Below, piece after piece: positions 33,535-42,009 of a stretch of DNA of 64,000 nucleotides. The position numbers were made by a program, and so were the translations under genes. Every line of letters begins with the position of its first letter. Position 1 is the stretch's first letter. The stretch lies in sequence record PP724615.1; one strand, written 5' to 3'. The notes beneath the pieces were generated by a model that made no database searches, was not told the DNA's origin, and saw nothing but the letters and a program-made list of their open reading frames with translations. The stretch is from Escherichia phage HK6.

Positions 33535-33543
33535 TATATCTTT

Positions 33544-34020
33544 ATGATTACACAAGATAGACTTAAAGAGCTATTGGACTATGATCCTCTAACCGGTATA
33601 TTTAGATGGAAAGTCTCAAGAGGAAGAGTATCAAAAGGATTCATAGCAGGGACGGAAGTATGGGTATCTGATAACTATATCAGATTGGAAATCCGAATTG
33701 ATGGTAAAAGGTATAAAGCACATCAACTAGCTTTCTTATACGTGTATGGATACATTCCAGAAGAAATTGACCATAAGGATAGGAATCCATTAAATAATGC
33801 CATAGATAATTTACTAGACTCTTCTAAGTCACGCAATCAGTTGAATAGAAACAAGAATAGTAATAAAGAATTACCAAAAGGTGTTTTCTTAAAACATTCA
33901 ACTGGTAGATATTTTGTTCAAATTAAAGGTAAGCATTATGGATATACAGATTCCATATATGAAGCAGAGACTGTAGCAAATGCAGTATATGATAGTCTAT
34001 TAAGTGAAAATACTATTTAG
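33544..34020 (+). CDS. free-standing HNH homing endonuclease with AP2-like DNA-binding tail, 158 aa
   Basis: HQLAFLYVYGYIPEEIDHKDRNPLNNAIDNL HNH core; C-terminal LPKGV...GRY..QI motif. Confidence 0.8.
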   Translation: MITQDRLKELLDYDPLTGIFRWKVSRGRVSKGFIAGTEVWVSDNYIRLEIRIDGKRYKAHQLAFLYVYGYIPEEIDHKDRNPLNNAIDNLLDSSKSRNQLNRNKNSNKELPKGVFLKHSTGRYFVQIKGKHYGYTDSIYEAETVANAVYDSLLSENTI

Positions 34021-34981
34021 TGCTGATCATCATATTAAGCTGGGCCAAGATAAGATACCAAAAGAATGGCAGAAGCGTCGCTTCCTGATGCTAGGAGAAC
34101 GGTTAAATGATATATTCCATAGTCATAACTGTGATCTTCATATTGCTGGTGGTGATATACTTGATGTTGCCGACCCGTCGTCAGAAGAAATAGAACTGCT
34201 TGAACAGTTCATGTCAAGACTTGACCATCCAGGCAAAATCTTTACTGGAAATCATGAAATGTTAACGAAAACCATTTCATGCCTATATCATTATGCAGGA
34301 GTTATTAATAAAGTAACGAGTGGGAAGTGGGAAGTAATTACCAAACCATATCGTTCCCCTGAGTTTGATATTGTTCCATATGACGAAATCCATAAATCCA
34401 AATGGAAACCATCTGAATCAAAACTATGTTTCACACATGTTCGTGGTGAAATACCTCCACATGTAAAACCAGAAATTGATCTAACTAAGTACAACTGTTA
34501 TGATACTGTAATTGCTGGCGATTTACATTCTTATACTAATAGCCAGACTATCGGATCCACTAGACTTCTCTACCCAGGGTCTCCATTAACTACATCGTTT
34601 CATAGAGAACGCACAAAAGGTACAAATGGTTGCTTTATCATTGATACCGACACATTAAAAGTAGAATGGATTGAACTCGGTGATTTACCACAACTGATTC
34701 GTAAAACAATCGGAGCGGGTGAAGAGATGGAACCTAGTGATTATGATCGTGTAGTCTATGAAGTTACTGGTGACGTTGTTCAATTAAAGTCTATTAAAGA
34801 CTCTGATTTATTAGATAAGAAGATTAACCATCGAGTTACTAAAGATGCTAAGTTAAATCTTGTTGATCTTGATATGTTAGGTGAACTTGAACTTTACTTC
34901 CGTGAAGTCGAGAAGCTATCTCAAGGAGACATTGATAGAATCTTAGCTAGAGCTGCGAAATATGTCAAAGATTACAATTAA
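34004..34981 (+). CDS. SbcD/Mre11-like nuclease (T5 D12), 325 aa (GTG start)
   Basis: phosphoesterase motifs SADHH, GGDILD, GNHE. Confidence 0.85.
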   Translation: MKILFSADHHIKLGQDKIPKEWQKRRFLMLGERLNDIFHSHNCDLHIAGGDILDVADPSSEEIELLEQFMSRLDHPGKIFTGNHEMLTKTISCLYHYAGVINKVTSGKWEVITKPYRSPEFDIVPYDEIHKSKWKPSESKLCFTHVRGEIPPHVKPEIDLTKYNCYDTVIAGDLHSYTNSQTIGSTRLLYPGSPLTTSFHRERTKGTNGCFIIDTDTLKVEWIELGDLPQLIRKTIGAGEEMEPSDYDRVVYEVTGDVVQLKSIKDSDLLDKKINHRVTKDAKLNLVDLDMLGELELYFREVEKLSQGDIDRILARAAKYVKDYN

Positions 34982-36800
34982 GACACTAAAATTTAGTAAC
35001 GTTATGTCTTACGGTAAGGACATCGTAATTCATTTCGATAAGAATCCAGTTACTCAACTAATTGGTGGCAATGGGCTAGGGAAATCCACCATCGCTACTG
35101 TTATTGAAGAACTATTCTATAATAAGAACTCACGTGGTATTAAGAAGGATGCTCTGTTCTCTTGGTCTACTCCGAAAAAAGAGTACGATATGCACGCTTA
35201 CTTCTCGAAAGATGAAGATGAGTACGAACTACATAAAGTAGTTAAATCAACTGCTAAAGTAACTCTTATTAAGAATGGAGAAGATATTAGTGGACACACG
35301 GCAACTCAAACATACAAGATGATTGAGGAGATTATGGGAGGTGACTTCCAAACGTTCACCAAACTAATTTATCAATCAGTGGGTTCCAATCTAGACTTTC
35401 TAAAAGCAACAGATGCAACACGTAAGGCTTTTCTTGTTAACTTGTTCAATCAAGAACAGTATAAAGAAATGTCAGAAACTATTAAGGCTGACCGTAAAGA
35501 AATAGCAAATACCTTAAATAATTTGCAGGGCCAAATGGCTGTAATTACGAAAATCCTTAATGGAAAGAATAATCTAGGAACTCTACAGGAACCTGTAGAA
35601 GTACCCGAGTTTGATGAAGAGCCATTAGCACAAGAACTTACTGAATCGAAAATTAAGGCGGCATTAGCCAAGTCTCAAGAGGCTAATATTACTAAATTGC
35701 GTAATTTGGACAAAGCTGTACAAGTTGCCGAACAATCTTTCGAGCCTTTCAAAAATTTGCCTGCGCCCACTGACCAAAATGAAGAGATCTCGAGTGTTAC
35801 GCGTGACCTAACGATTGTGACCTCACGTGCGGGCGAAGTCAAGAAACGTTATCAGAAGTTCAAGCAAGAAGCTTCAAATACTGAATGTCCTACTTGTGGT
35901 ACTCATCTGGATACAACTGCTGCTCAAAAAGCAATGGATATGGCTAGAACAGAATATGATCCTCTGTTCAAAGAGAAGCAATCTCTTGAAGCTAAGTTAG
36001 AACAGTTGAAGAAAGAACAACTTGAATACACTGCATATATTAGAGCAAAGGATGCTTTGGATAAAGCAGTGATAGCTAGAGACGAGTTCAAAAATTCAAT
36101 GAGTGATGCTTCTTTTGAAGAACTCAATGTGCAAATCCTACAGGTGCAAATCCGACAATTAGAACAGGAAATCGCTGATGGCCGTTCTAAGGTTGCAATT
36201 GCCAAAGAGCATAACGCAAATGTTGAATTAGCCAATGCAAAATATAAGGCGAAACTAGAACAGATTGAGAAAGCTGAGGCAGAACTGTCTGAGATTACTT
36301 CCAAACTGGATGAAGTATCAGAAGCTGTTGCTGATCTCGATATTCTGATCGCCGCATTGAAAAATCTGGTAGGGTATAAGCTAGAGCATAGTGTGAAAGT
36401 ATTTGAAGAGCTTATCAATAAATACCTTTCCATTATGACTGGTGGTAAGTTCGCACTTGGATTTGAACTTGATGAAACAAAATTACAAGTAGTAATCTTC
36501 AATGATGGAAATCGTACTAGTATGGAGAATTGCTCTACTGGTCAGCAAAGTAGAATCAATCTAGCAACTCTGTTAGCTATTCGAATGCTACTAACATCTA
36601 TTAGTAAAGTTAATATTAATCTTCTATTCCTTGATGAAGTAATTAGCTTTATTGATACTAAAGGACTTGACACTCTTGTTGAATTATTAAATGAGGAAGA
36701 AAGTCTAAATTCTATCATTGTTTCTCACGGGCATACGCATCCATTGGCTCATAAGATTACTGTCAAAAAAGATGCAGAAGGATTTTCCTACTTAGAATAA
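34962..36800 (+). CDS. SbcC/Rad50-like ATPase (T5 D13), 612 aa
   Basis: Walker A GGNGLGKST, central coiled coil with CPTCG zinc hook, Walker B LFLDEV. Confidence 0.85.
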   Translation: MSKITIKTLKFSNVMSYGKDIVIHFDKNPVTQLIGGNGLGKSTIATVIEELFYNKNSRGIKKDALFSWSTPKKEYDMHAYFSKDEDEYELHKVVKSTAKVTLIKNGEDISGHTATQTYKMIEEIMGGDFQTFTKLIYQSVGSNLDFLKATDATRKAFLVNLFNQEQYKEMSETIKADRKEIANTLNNLQGQMAVITKILNGKNNLGTLQEPVEVPEFDEEPLAQELTESKIKAALAKSQEANITKLRNLDKAVQVAEQSFEPFKNLPAPTDQNEEISSVTRDLTIVTSRAGEVKKRYQKFKQEASNTECPTCGTHLDTTAAQKAMDMARTEYDPLFKEKQSLEAKLEQLKKEQLEYTAYIRAKDALDKAVIARDEFKNSMSDASFEELNVQILQVQIRQLEQEIADGRSKVAIAKEHNANVELANAKYKAKLEQIEKAEAELSEITSKLDEVSEAVADLDILIAALKNLVGYKLEHSVKVFEELINKYLSIMTGGKFALGFELDETKLQVVIFNDGNRTSMENCSTGQQSRINLATLLAIRMLLTSISKVNINLLFLDEVISFIDTKGLDTLVELLNEEESLNSIIVSHGHTHPLAHKITVKKDAEGFSYLE

Positions 36801-36803
36801 AAC

Positions 36804-37286
36804 ATGGCTGTAGATAGTAGAGAGAAAGGTAAACGTGGTGAATATCAGGTAAGAGATATTTTACGTGAACGTACAGGTCTTGAGTGGGAACGTGTTCCTG
36901 GTTCTGGTGCTTTTGGCCAGAGCCATGGACTAAAAGGTGACATCTACCTTCCACCACAAAGCGGACACATTAGTAAATACTGCTTCGAAGTTAAGTGGTA
37001 TAAAGATGACGCATTATCAAGTAATTTATTTAATGTTGGTGAATCCACTCTAGAGAAGTGGTGGCAGCAGTGCTCACGTGAAGGTGAGCAGATGAACTCC
37101 AAACCTGCATTAATATTCAAAAAAGACAGAGGACAGTGGTTAATAGCTTTGGATAGCTCAGACCCGATGGTTGACAACTTAATGAGTCGTACCCATATGG
37201 TGTTAAATAAGAAAGACATGGAAATCGTAATTGGTTTATTTGAGCCGTGGCTACATCATGCATCTGTTGAGGACTTAATTAAATAA
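36804..37286 (+). CDS. PD-(D/E)XK nuclease / Holliday-junction-resolvase-like protein (T5 D14), 160 aa
   Basis: GDIY ... FEVKW (D...ExK) arrangement; synteny between D13 and D15. Confidence 0.6.
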   Translation: MAVDSREKGKRGEYQVRDILRERTGLEWERVPGSGAFGQSHGLKGDIYLPPQSGHISKYCFEVKWYKDDALSSNLFNVGESTLEKWWQQCSREGEQMNSKPALIFKKDRGQWLIALDSSDPMVDNLMSRTHMVLNKKDMEIVIGLFEPWLHHASVEDLIK

Positions 37287-38161
37287 TGAGTAAATCCTGG
37301 GGAAAATTTATTGAAGAAGAGGAAGCTGAAATGGCTTCCCGTCGTAACCTAATGATTGTCGATGGAACTAACTTAGGCTTTCGCTTCAAGCATAATAATA
37401 GTAAGAAACCATTTGCCTCAAGTTATGTTTCCACTATTCAATCTCTTGCAAAATCTTATTCTGCTAGAACTACAATAGTTTTAGGGGATAAAGGGAAGTC
37501 AGCATTCCGCTTAGAGCATTTACCTGAGTATAAAGGGAACCGAGATGAGAAATACTCGCAGCGTACGGAAGAGGAGAAAGCGTTAGATGAGCAGTTCTTC
37601 GAGTATTTGAAAGATGCTTTCGAGTTATGTGAAACTACATTCCCAACTTTCACTATTCGTGGTGTAGAAGCAGACGACATGGCAGCTTATATTGTTAAGC
37701 TCATCGGGCATCTATATGATCACGTTTGGCTAATTTCTACCGATGGTGACTGGGATACCTTATTAACTGATAAAGTTTCTCGTTTTTCTTTCACAACGCG
37801 TCGTGAATACCATCTTCGTGATATGTATGAGCATCATAATGTTGATGATGTAGAGCAGTTTATCTCTCTGAAAGCAATTATGGGTGATTTAGGGGATAAT
37901 ATCCGTGGTGTCGAGGGTATCGGGGCAAAACGCGGGTATAATATTATTCGTGAATTTGGTAACGTTCTGGATATTATTGATCAGCTTCCACTGCCTGGAA
38001 AACAGAAATATATACAGAATTTAAATGCTTCGGAAGAACTGCTTTATCGAAACCTAATTCTGGTTGATTTACCTACCTACTGTGTGGATGCTATTGCTGC
38101 TGTAGGTCAAGATGTATTAGATAAGTTTACAAAAGATATTTTGGAGATTGCAGAACAATGA
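37286..38161 (+). CDS. 5'-3' flap endonuclease (T5 D15 exonuclease), 291 aa
   Basis: FEN motifs IVDGTNL, GVEADD, STDGDWD, GDLGDNIRGVEGIG; size equals T5 D15. Confidence 0.95.
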   Translation: MSKSWGKFIEEEEAEMASRRNLMIVDGTNLGFRFKHNNSKKPFASSYVSTIQSLAKSYSARTTIVLGDKGKSAFRLEHLPEYKGNRDEKYSQRTEEEKALDEQFFEYLKDAFELCETTFPTFTIRGVEADDMAAYIVKLIGHLYDHVWLISTDGDWDTLLTDKVSRFSFTTRREYHLRDMYEHHNVDDVEQFISLKAIMGDLGDNIRGVEGIGAKRGYNIIREFGNVLDIIDQLPLPGKQKYIQNLNASEELLYRNLILVDLPTYCVDAIAAVGQDVLDKFTKDILEIAEQ

Positions 38162-38604
38162 TTAAAATTAAATTAACTCATCCAGATTGTATGCCTAAGA
38201 TTGGTTCCGAAGATGCCGCAGGTATGGATCTACGAGCATTCTTTGGTACTAACCCTGCTGCAGATTTACGCGCTATTGCACCTGGTAAATCCCTAATGAT
38301 TGACACCGGTGTCGCGGTGGAAATTCCGCGAGGTTGGTTCGGTTTGGTAGTTCCACGCAGCTCTTTAGGTAAGCGTCATCTGATGATTGCAAACACCGCA
38401 GGGGTGATCGATTCAGACTATCGTGGAACTATTAAGATGAACCTTTATAACTATGGTTCTGAAATTCAAACTCTGGAGAATTTTGAAAGACTTTGTCAGC
38501 TAGTAGTAGTACCACACTACTCAACTCATAATTTTGAAATCGTTGACGAACTGGGGGAGACTAATCGTGGGGAAGGCGGATTTGGAAGTTCAGGAAGCAA
38601 ATAA
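38158..38604 (+). CDS. dut: dUTPase, 148 aa
   Basis: AAGMDLRA, GVIDSDYRG, RGEGGFGSSG motifs. Confidence 0.9.
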   Translation: MIKIKLTHPDCMPKIGSEDAAGMDLRAFFGTNPAADLRAIAPGKSLMIDTGVAVEIPRGWFGLVVPRSSLGKRHLMIANTAGVIDSDYRGTIKMNLYNYGSEIQTLENFERLCQLVVVPHYSTHNFEIVDELGETNRGEGGFGSSGSK

Positions 38605-38830
38605 TTTTACTGATCCTAATATGATAGGTGTTGATACTAATGCGTCAACTTATCAGATTAAAACTACTGAACCAGAAACGTTTGTGCTAAGAACGGATAA
38701 AGAAGGTAATGTTATTTTCTGGGATCCTGAAGGTTTTGTAGAGCTTTGTACTAATACAGATAATGAGCAGTTAAAATTACTACTAACTATTTATAATCTT
38801 GGCATTATAGAAGGTTGTAGAAGTGAATAA
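38534..38830 (+). CDS. hypothetical protein, up to 98 aa (true start probably internal, e.g. ATG 38621)
   Basis: last plus-strand ORF before the bidirectional terminator; 70-nt overlap with dut makes the listed start doubtful. Confidence 0.4.
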   Translation: MKSLTNWGRLIVGKADLEVQEANNFTDPNMIGVDTNASTYQIKTTEPETFVLRTDKEGNVIFWDPEGFVELCTNTDNEQLKLLLTIYNLGIIEGCRSE

Positions 38831-38833
38831 CAG

Positions 38834-38870
38834 AAAAAACCCCAGTGGATTTTGTCCACTGGGGTTTATT
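38834..38870. terminator. bidirectional terminator at the early/late convergence point
   Basis: CCCCAGTGG/CCACTGGGG stem 38840..38864 flanked by A6 and T-run. Confidence 0.85.
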
Positions 38871-38920
38871 GTACTTAGCATCATAAAACTACGCTAAGTT
38901 CTCTATATTAACAAGTTTAT

Positions 38921-39085
38921 TTACAGGGCTTTAAGTTCTTCAGCGAAGTTACCGCGACCACCCCAACCGTTACCGATCCAGAAACCAATCAAACCACCAA
39001 TTGCATCACCGATACCAGCCGCACCAGCTTCGCTACCAAAGCCGTCACCGCCCAGATTGGTAGGTAAAAGAGTCAAGTCAGACAT
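38921..39085 (-). CDS. 54-aa glycine-zipper peptide MSDLTLLPTNLGGDGFGSEAGAAGIGDAIGGLIGFWIGNGWGGRGNFAEELKAL (below ORF-track cutoff)
   Basis: hand translation; GGAG 8 nt before ATG 39085; flanked by two terminators; 15 of 54 residues Gly with five consecutive GxxxG spacings. Confidence 0.5.
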   Translation of the reverse strand: MSDLTLLPTNLGGDGFGSEAGAAGIGDAIGGLIGFWIGNGWGGRGNFAEELKAL

Positions 39086-39306
39086 AAGAAAATCTCCATA
39101 TATGGGTTGTTAGACGGATGTAACCAGTTGGTTACACTGGTAAGTATACTCGCTAACATACTATTTACCATGATATGCGTGTAAATAAATTGTAAATAGC
39201 CTGGCATTGGTACTCCTATAATGCAATGGACGCCATGACTTGAACAAAAGGAGGGAGTTATGTTTAAACGCGGTGCGGTCATAGGTAAGGCGAGAAAGTG
39301 ACAACT

Positions 39307-39340
39307 AAAAAAAAAAAAAAAAGGAGCCAAACGGCTCCTT
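39307..39340 (-). terminator. terminator after tail fibre gene: AAGGAGCC-GTTT-GGCTCCTT followed by T16
   Basis: stem 39321..39340; homopolymer 39307..39322. Confidence 0.9.
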
Positions 39341-39351
39341 AATTATTGTGG

Positions 39352-42009
39352 TTATGGCAGATCGTTGTTAACCACATTGCCCTTCAACGCAGCTATCTCC
39401 GCTTTCAAACTATCAATTTCTGCTTTGAGCGCTTGAGTGGCGCCCATCAAGTCCATAATAATAGGGTTAGTATCAATTGAAGGTCTGTCTCGGGTCTTCT
39501 GTGAAACAATTTTCTTCTCGACTTCACGACGAATAAATTTCTGTTCAATGCGTTGTTCTTTGATTTGTTCTGTAATACCAGTTTCGGGGTCGGTATAATC
39601 TACAGTAACCTCTACAGGTACATCCTCGTATATATCCTTATAAACATCCTCGTATACATCCTCATAAATCTCTTCATTGTGCTTCACATATTGTGGGGTG
39701 ACTTTCTCCGATTCTTCTGCAATAATACCAAATCTTATTCTTTCTTGTTCATCATCCTTATAAATAAAAGTGACCATGCGTTGTGCCATGATGCGGTTTA
39801 AAGCATCAATAGGATTACCGTCATTGATCTCCTTTTTATATGCTAAGCCAGATGTTCCTTGCAGTGCAAGGGTTCCGGCAGCACTCGGAAGCCTAATCCA
39901 ATACTCAGGCGAACCTGCTGGGGTATATGTTTGAAATCCATAGCTCCCTACAGTTTCGCTAAATCCAACACGGGTTCGAATAACTCCATTTGCTGCTAAG
40001 TTACAAGCATAAGACGCTGCACCATTGGATCTAAACGTTGCAGCGTCGGTTCCTGCTTCCCCGCCACCTGCTACAATCCGCCCGGTAATATAGGTAGAGA
40101 ACGCAAGTGTAATCCCAGTACCCGCACCCCCAATGATTACCGGAGTAGAATGATACGTGCCATCCTCATTGTAGTAGTAGAATGCATAGGCCCCGCTGGC
40201 AGCATGCCCTGATCGCCATCTTACAGTAGATGGACTGGAAGGTCCAGTATAGGCTGTGTAAGCCGTACCCGCACCCGTCGCTCTAACTAATAGGCTGTCT
40301 TGACTATAGCTCCCAGTTGTCCTGAGCTGACCAACTTCCCCAAATGAATTAGTCTTGTGAGATGGTAGCGTGACTGTTTTAGCTGAAGCGCTGTAGTTAA
40401 AGACAGCATTAGTGCTACTAGTATTATTCTCCTGGAGTCGTATGCTACCGCCATCCATAACCATAACATAGCCAGTTACATCACCTGCGGCGTCAACTTC
40501 TTCAAATTTAATTGTTGGGTTAGCACTCTTGATTAAAAGAGGGTCACTAGCGGTCGCCCCAAATTCTGCATTAAGGTTAAACTTCTGCTTTTTGGTAAAA
40601 GTATTTTCAGCACCAAGTCTAGCTATGCTGGAAGGGTCCATTGAATCCACATACCCTTTCGCACGGTTAGCTTCCTCTGTTGCTAGGGTAGCTTTCTGCC
40701 CTGCGGTTGTAGCGCTGCCTGCGGCTGCTGTAGCTTGTTTCACCGCTTCGGTTGCACTAGCACCCGCTTGAGTTGCAGAAGCTGCGGCAGCGTCTTTTAG
40801 TGGGGTTATTGCATTAATTGCTTCCGTCTTAGCTGTATTAACTTCTTTGACTGCGTCGGCTTTAGCTGTTGCGACTTCAGTCAACGCGGAGTCTTTAATT
40901 GCTTGAGTATCTGTTTTTAACTGAGTAACGTCAGCCTTAATCTGAGTAACTGTAGCTACAGCAGCGTTAGTTGTGTTAGCAGACCCCGCCGCGTCAGCTT
41001 GTGCTTGTCTAGCAGCCTCTTCACTAGCTTTTGAGTTAGTTTCACTAGCTTTTGAGTTAGTTTCTGAATTTTTTGCTGCAGCAGCAGCAGCAGTAGCCTG
41101 CGTAGCGAATATTTCTGCCTCATCCCTGAATCCTTTGGAATCAGAAGCAGATGCAGCACTACTAGCAGCGTTAGTTTCTGAAGTTTTAGCTGCGGAAGCG
41201 GATGCAGCAGCGTTAGTTTCTGAAGCTTTTGCAGCTGCAGCAGAAGCAGCCGCAGCCGTTTCTGAGGTTTTAGCCGCTGAAGCAGAAGCAGACGCAGCAG
41301 TTTTGCTACTATTAGCATTAGTCTCAGAAGTTTTAGCCGCTGTTTCACTAGCTTTTGCATTAGTCTCAGAAGTTTTAGCTGCGGTTTCACTAGCTTTTGC
41401 GTTGGTTTCTGAAATTTTTGCTGCTGTTTCACTAGCTTTTGCATTAGTCTCAGAAGTCTTAGCAGCTTTAGCACTGTTAGCAGAAGCAGTAGCAGAAGAA
41501 GCAGAAGCAGTAGCAGAAGAAACAGACTGAGCTGCAGAAGAAGCAGACTGAGTTGCAGATTGTTGAGAAGATCCTGCGGAAATTTCTGCTTCATTCTCAG
41601 AAGTTTTAGCCGCTATTTCACTTGCTTTTGCGTTAGTTTCTGAAGTTTTAGCCGCTATTTCACTTGCTTTTGCATTGGTCTCAGAAGTCTTAGCAGCTTT
41701 AGCACTATTAGCCGAAGCAGTAGCAGAAGACGCAGACTGAGTTGCAGATTGCTGGGAAGATGTTGCGGAAATTTCAGCTTCATTCTCAGAGTCTTTAGCA
41801 CTTAATTCTGACTGTTTAGCATTAATCTCAGATTGCTTAGCTGCTGCAGCGGATGCTTTAGAGGACTCTATAGCAGAGGTTAGCTCTGCAGCAGTAATGG
41901 AGCTAATTGTATTCCCAAGAACTACAGTGTATTTAGGGTATTTACTTGCAGTTACACTATTTTGGTCCATAGTGACCATTTGTTGTAAAATTATTTTCGT
42001 TATAGCCAT
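39352..42009 (-). CDS. ltf: L-shaped (lateral) tail fibre protein, pb1-like, 885 aa, with C-terminal S74 intramolecular chaperone
   Basis: N-terminus [18 protein letters not shown] as in T5 pb1, long A-K-x-S-E-x-x heptad array, C-terminal SGLAYKKEIN...RFGIIAEE chaperone domain with terminal coiled coil. Confidence 0.9.
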   Translation of the reverse strand: MAITKIILQQMVTMDQNSVTASKYPKYTVVLGNTISSITAAELTSAIESSKASAAAAKQSEINAKQSELSAKDSENEAEISATSSQQSATQSASSATASANSAKAAKTSETNAKASEIAAKTSETNAKASEIAAKTSENEAEISAGSSQQSATQSASSAAQSVSSATASASSATASANSAKAAKTSETNAKASETAAKISETNAKASETAAKTSETNAKASETAAKTSETNANSSKTAASASASAAKTSETAAAASAAAAKASETNAAASASAAKTSETNAASSAASASDSKGFRDEAEIFATQATAAAAAAKNSETNSKASETNSKASEEAARQAQADAAGSANTTNAAVATVTQIKADVTQLKTDTQAIKDSALTEVATAKADAVKEVNTAKTEAINAITPLKDAAAASATQAGASATEAVKQATAAAGSATTAGQKATLATEEANRAKGYVDSMDPSSIARLGAENTFTKKQKFNLNAEFGATASDPLLIKSANPTIKFEEVDAAGDVTGYVMVMDGGSIRLQENNTSSTNAVFNYSASAKTVTLPSHKTNSFGEVGQLRTTGSYSQDSLLVRATGAGTAYTAYTGPSSPSTVRWRSGHAASGAYAFYYYNEDGTYHSTPVIIGGAGTGITLAFSTYITGRIVAGGGEAGTDAATFRSNGAASYACNLAANGVIRTRVGFSETVGSYGFQTYTPAGSPEYWIRLPSAAGTLALQGTSGLAYKKEINDGNPIDALNRIMAQRMVTFIYKDDEQERIRFGIIAEESEKVTPQYVKHNEEIYEDVYEDVYKDIYEDVPVEVTVDYTDPETGITEQIKEQRIEQKFIRREVEKKIVSQKTRDRPSIDTNPIIMDLMGATQALKAEIDSLKAEIAALKGNVVNNDLP
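39619..39675 (-). repeat. 12-nt tandem repeat encoding EEIY-EDVY-EDVY-KDIY-EDV inside the fibre chaperone domain
   Basis: read from DNA and translation. Confidence 0.8.
41005..41860 (-). repeat. 21-nt (heptad A-K-x-S-E-x-x) tandem array in tail fibre shaft, with an internal ~190-nt duplication
   Basis: aa 51-335 of the fibre; blocks SENEAEISA(T/G)SSQQSATQSASSA...AKTSETNAKASE occur twice. Confidence 0.85.

Noticed and set aside
39073-39330. 85-aa minus ORF (MAPFFFFFSCH...)
   Set aside because: It starts inside the terminator loop and reads through the T16 tract (poly-Phe), and it overlaps the better-supported 54-aa gene start. It is implausible as a gene.
39972-39980. GGGTTCGAA, resembling a tRNA T-arm
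   Set aside because: It is inside the fibre coding sequence and has no acceptor, D or anticodon arms around it. I found no tRNA-like cloverleaf anywhere in the window.
40956-41594. 212-aa same-strand alternative-frame ORF and 185-aa antisense ORF (40973..41530) inside the tail fibre repeat region
   Set aside because: They are products of the 21-nt GCT/GCA-rich tandem repeats (poly-Leu/Lys and poly-Ala translations). They have no RBS, and the fibre frame is the one with recognisable N- and C-terminal domains.
41005-41860. Possible CRISPR-like or minisatellite array
   Set aside because: The repeats are contiguous 21-nt coding heptads without unique spacers, and they lie within a conserved ORF.
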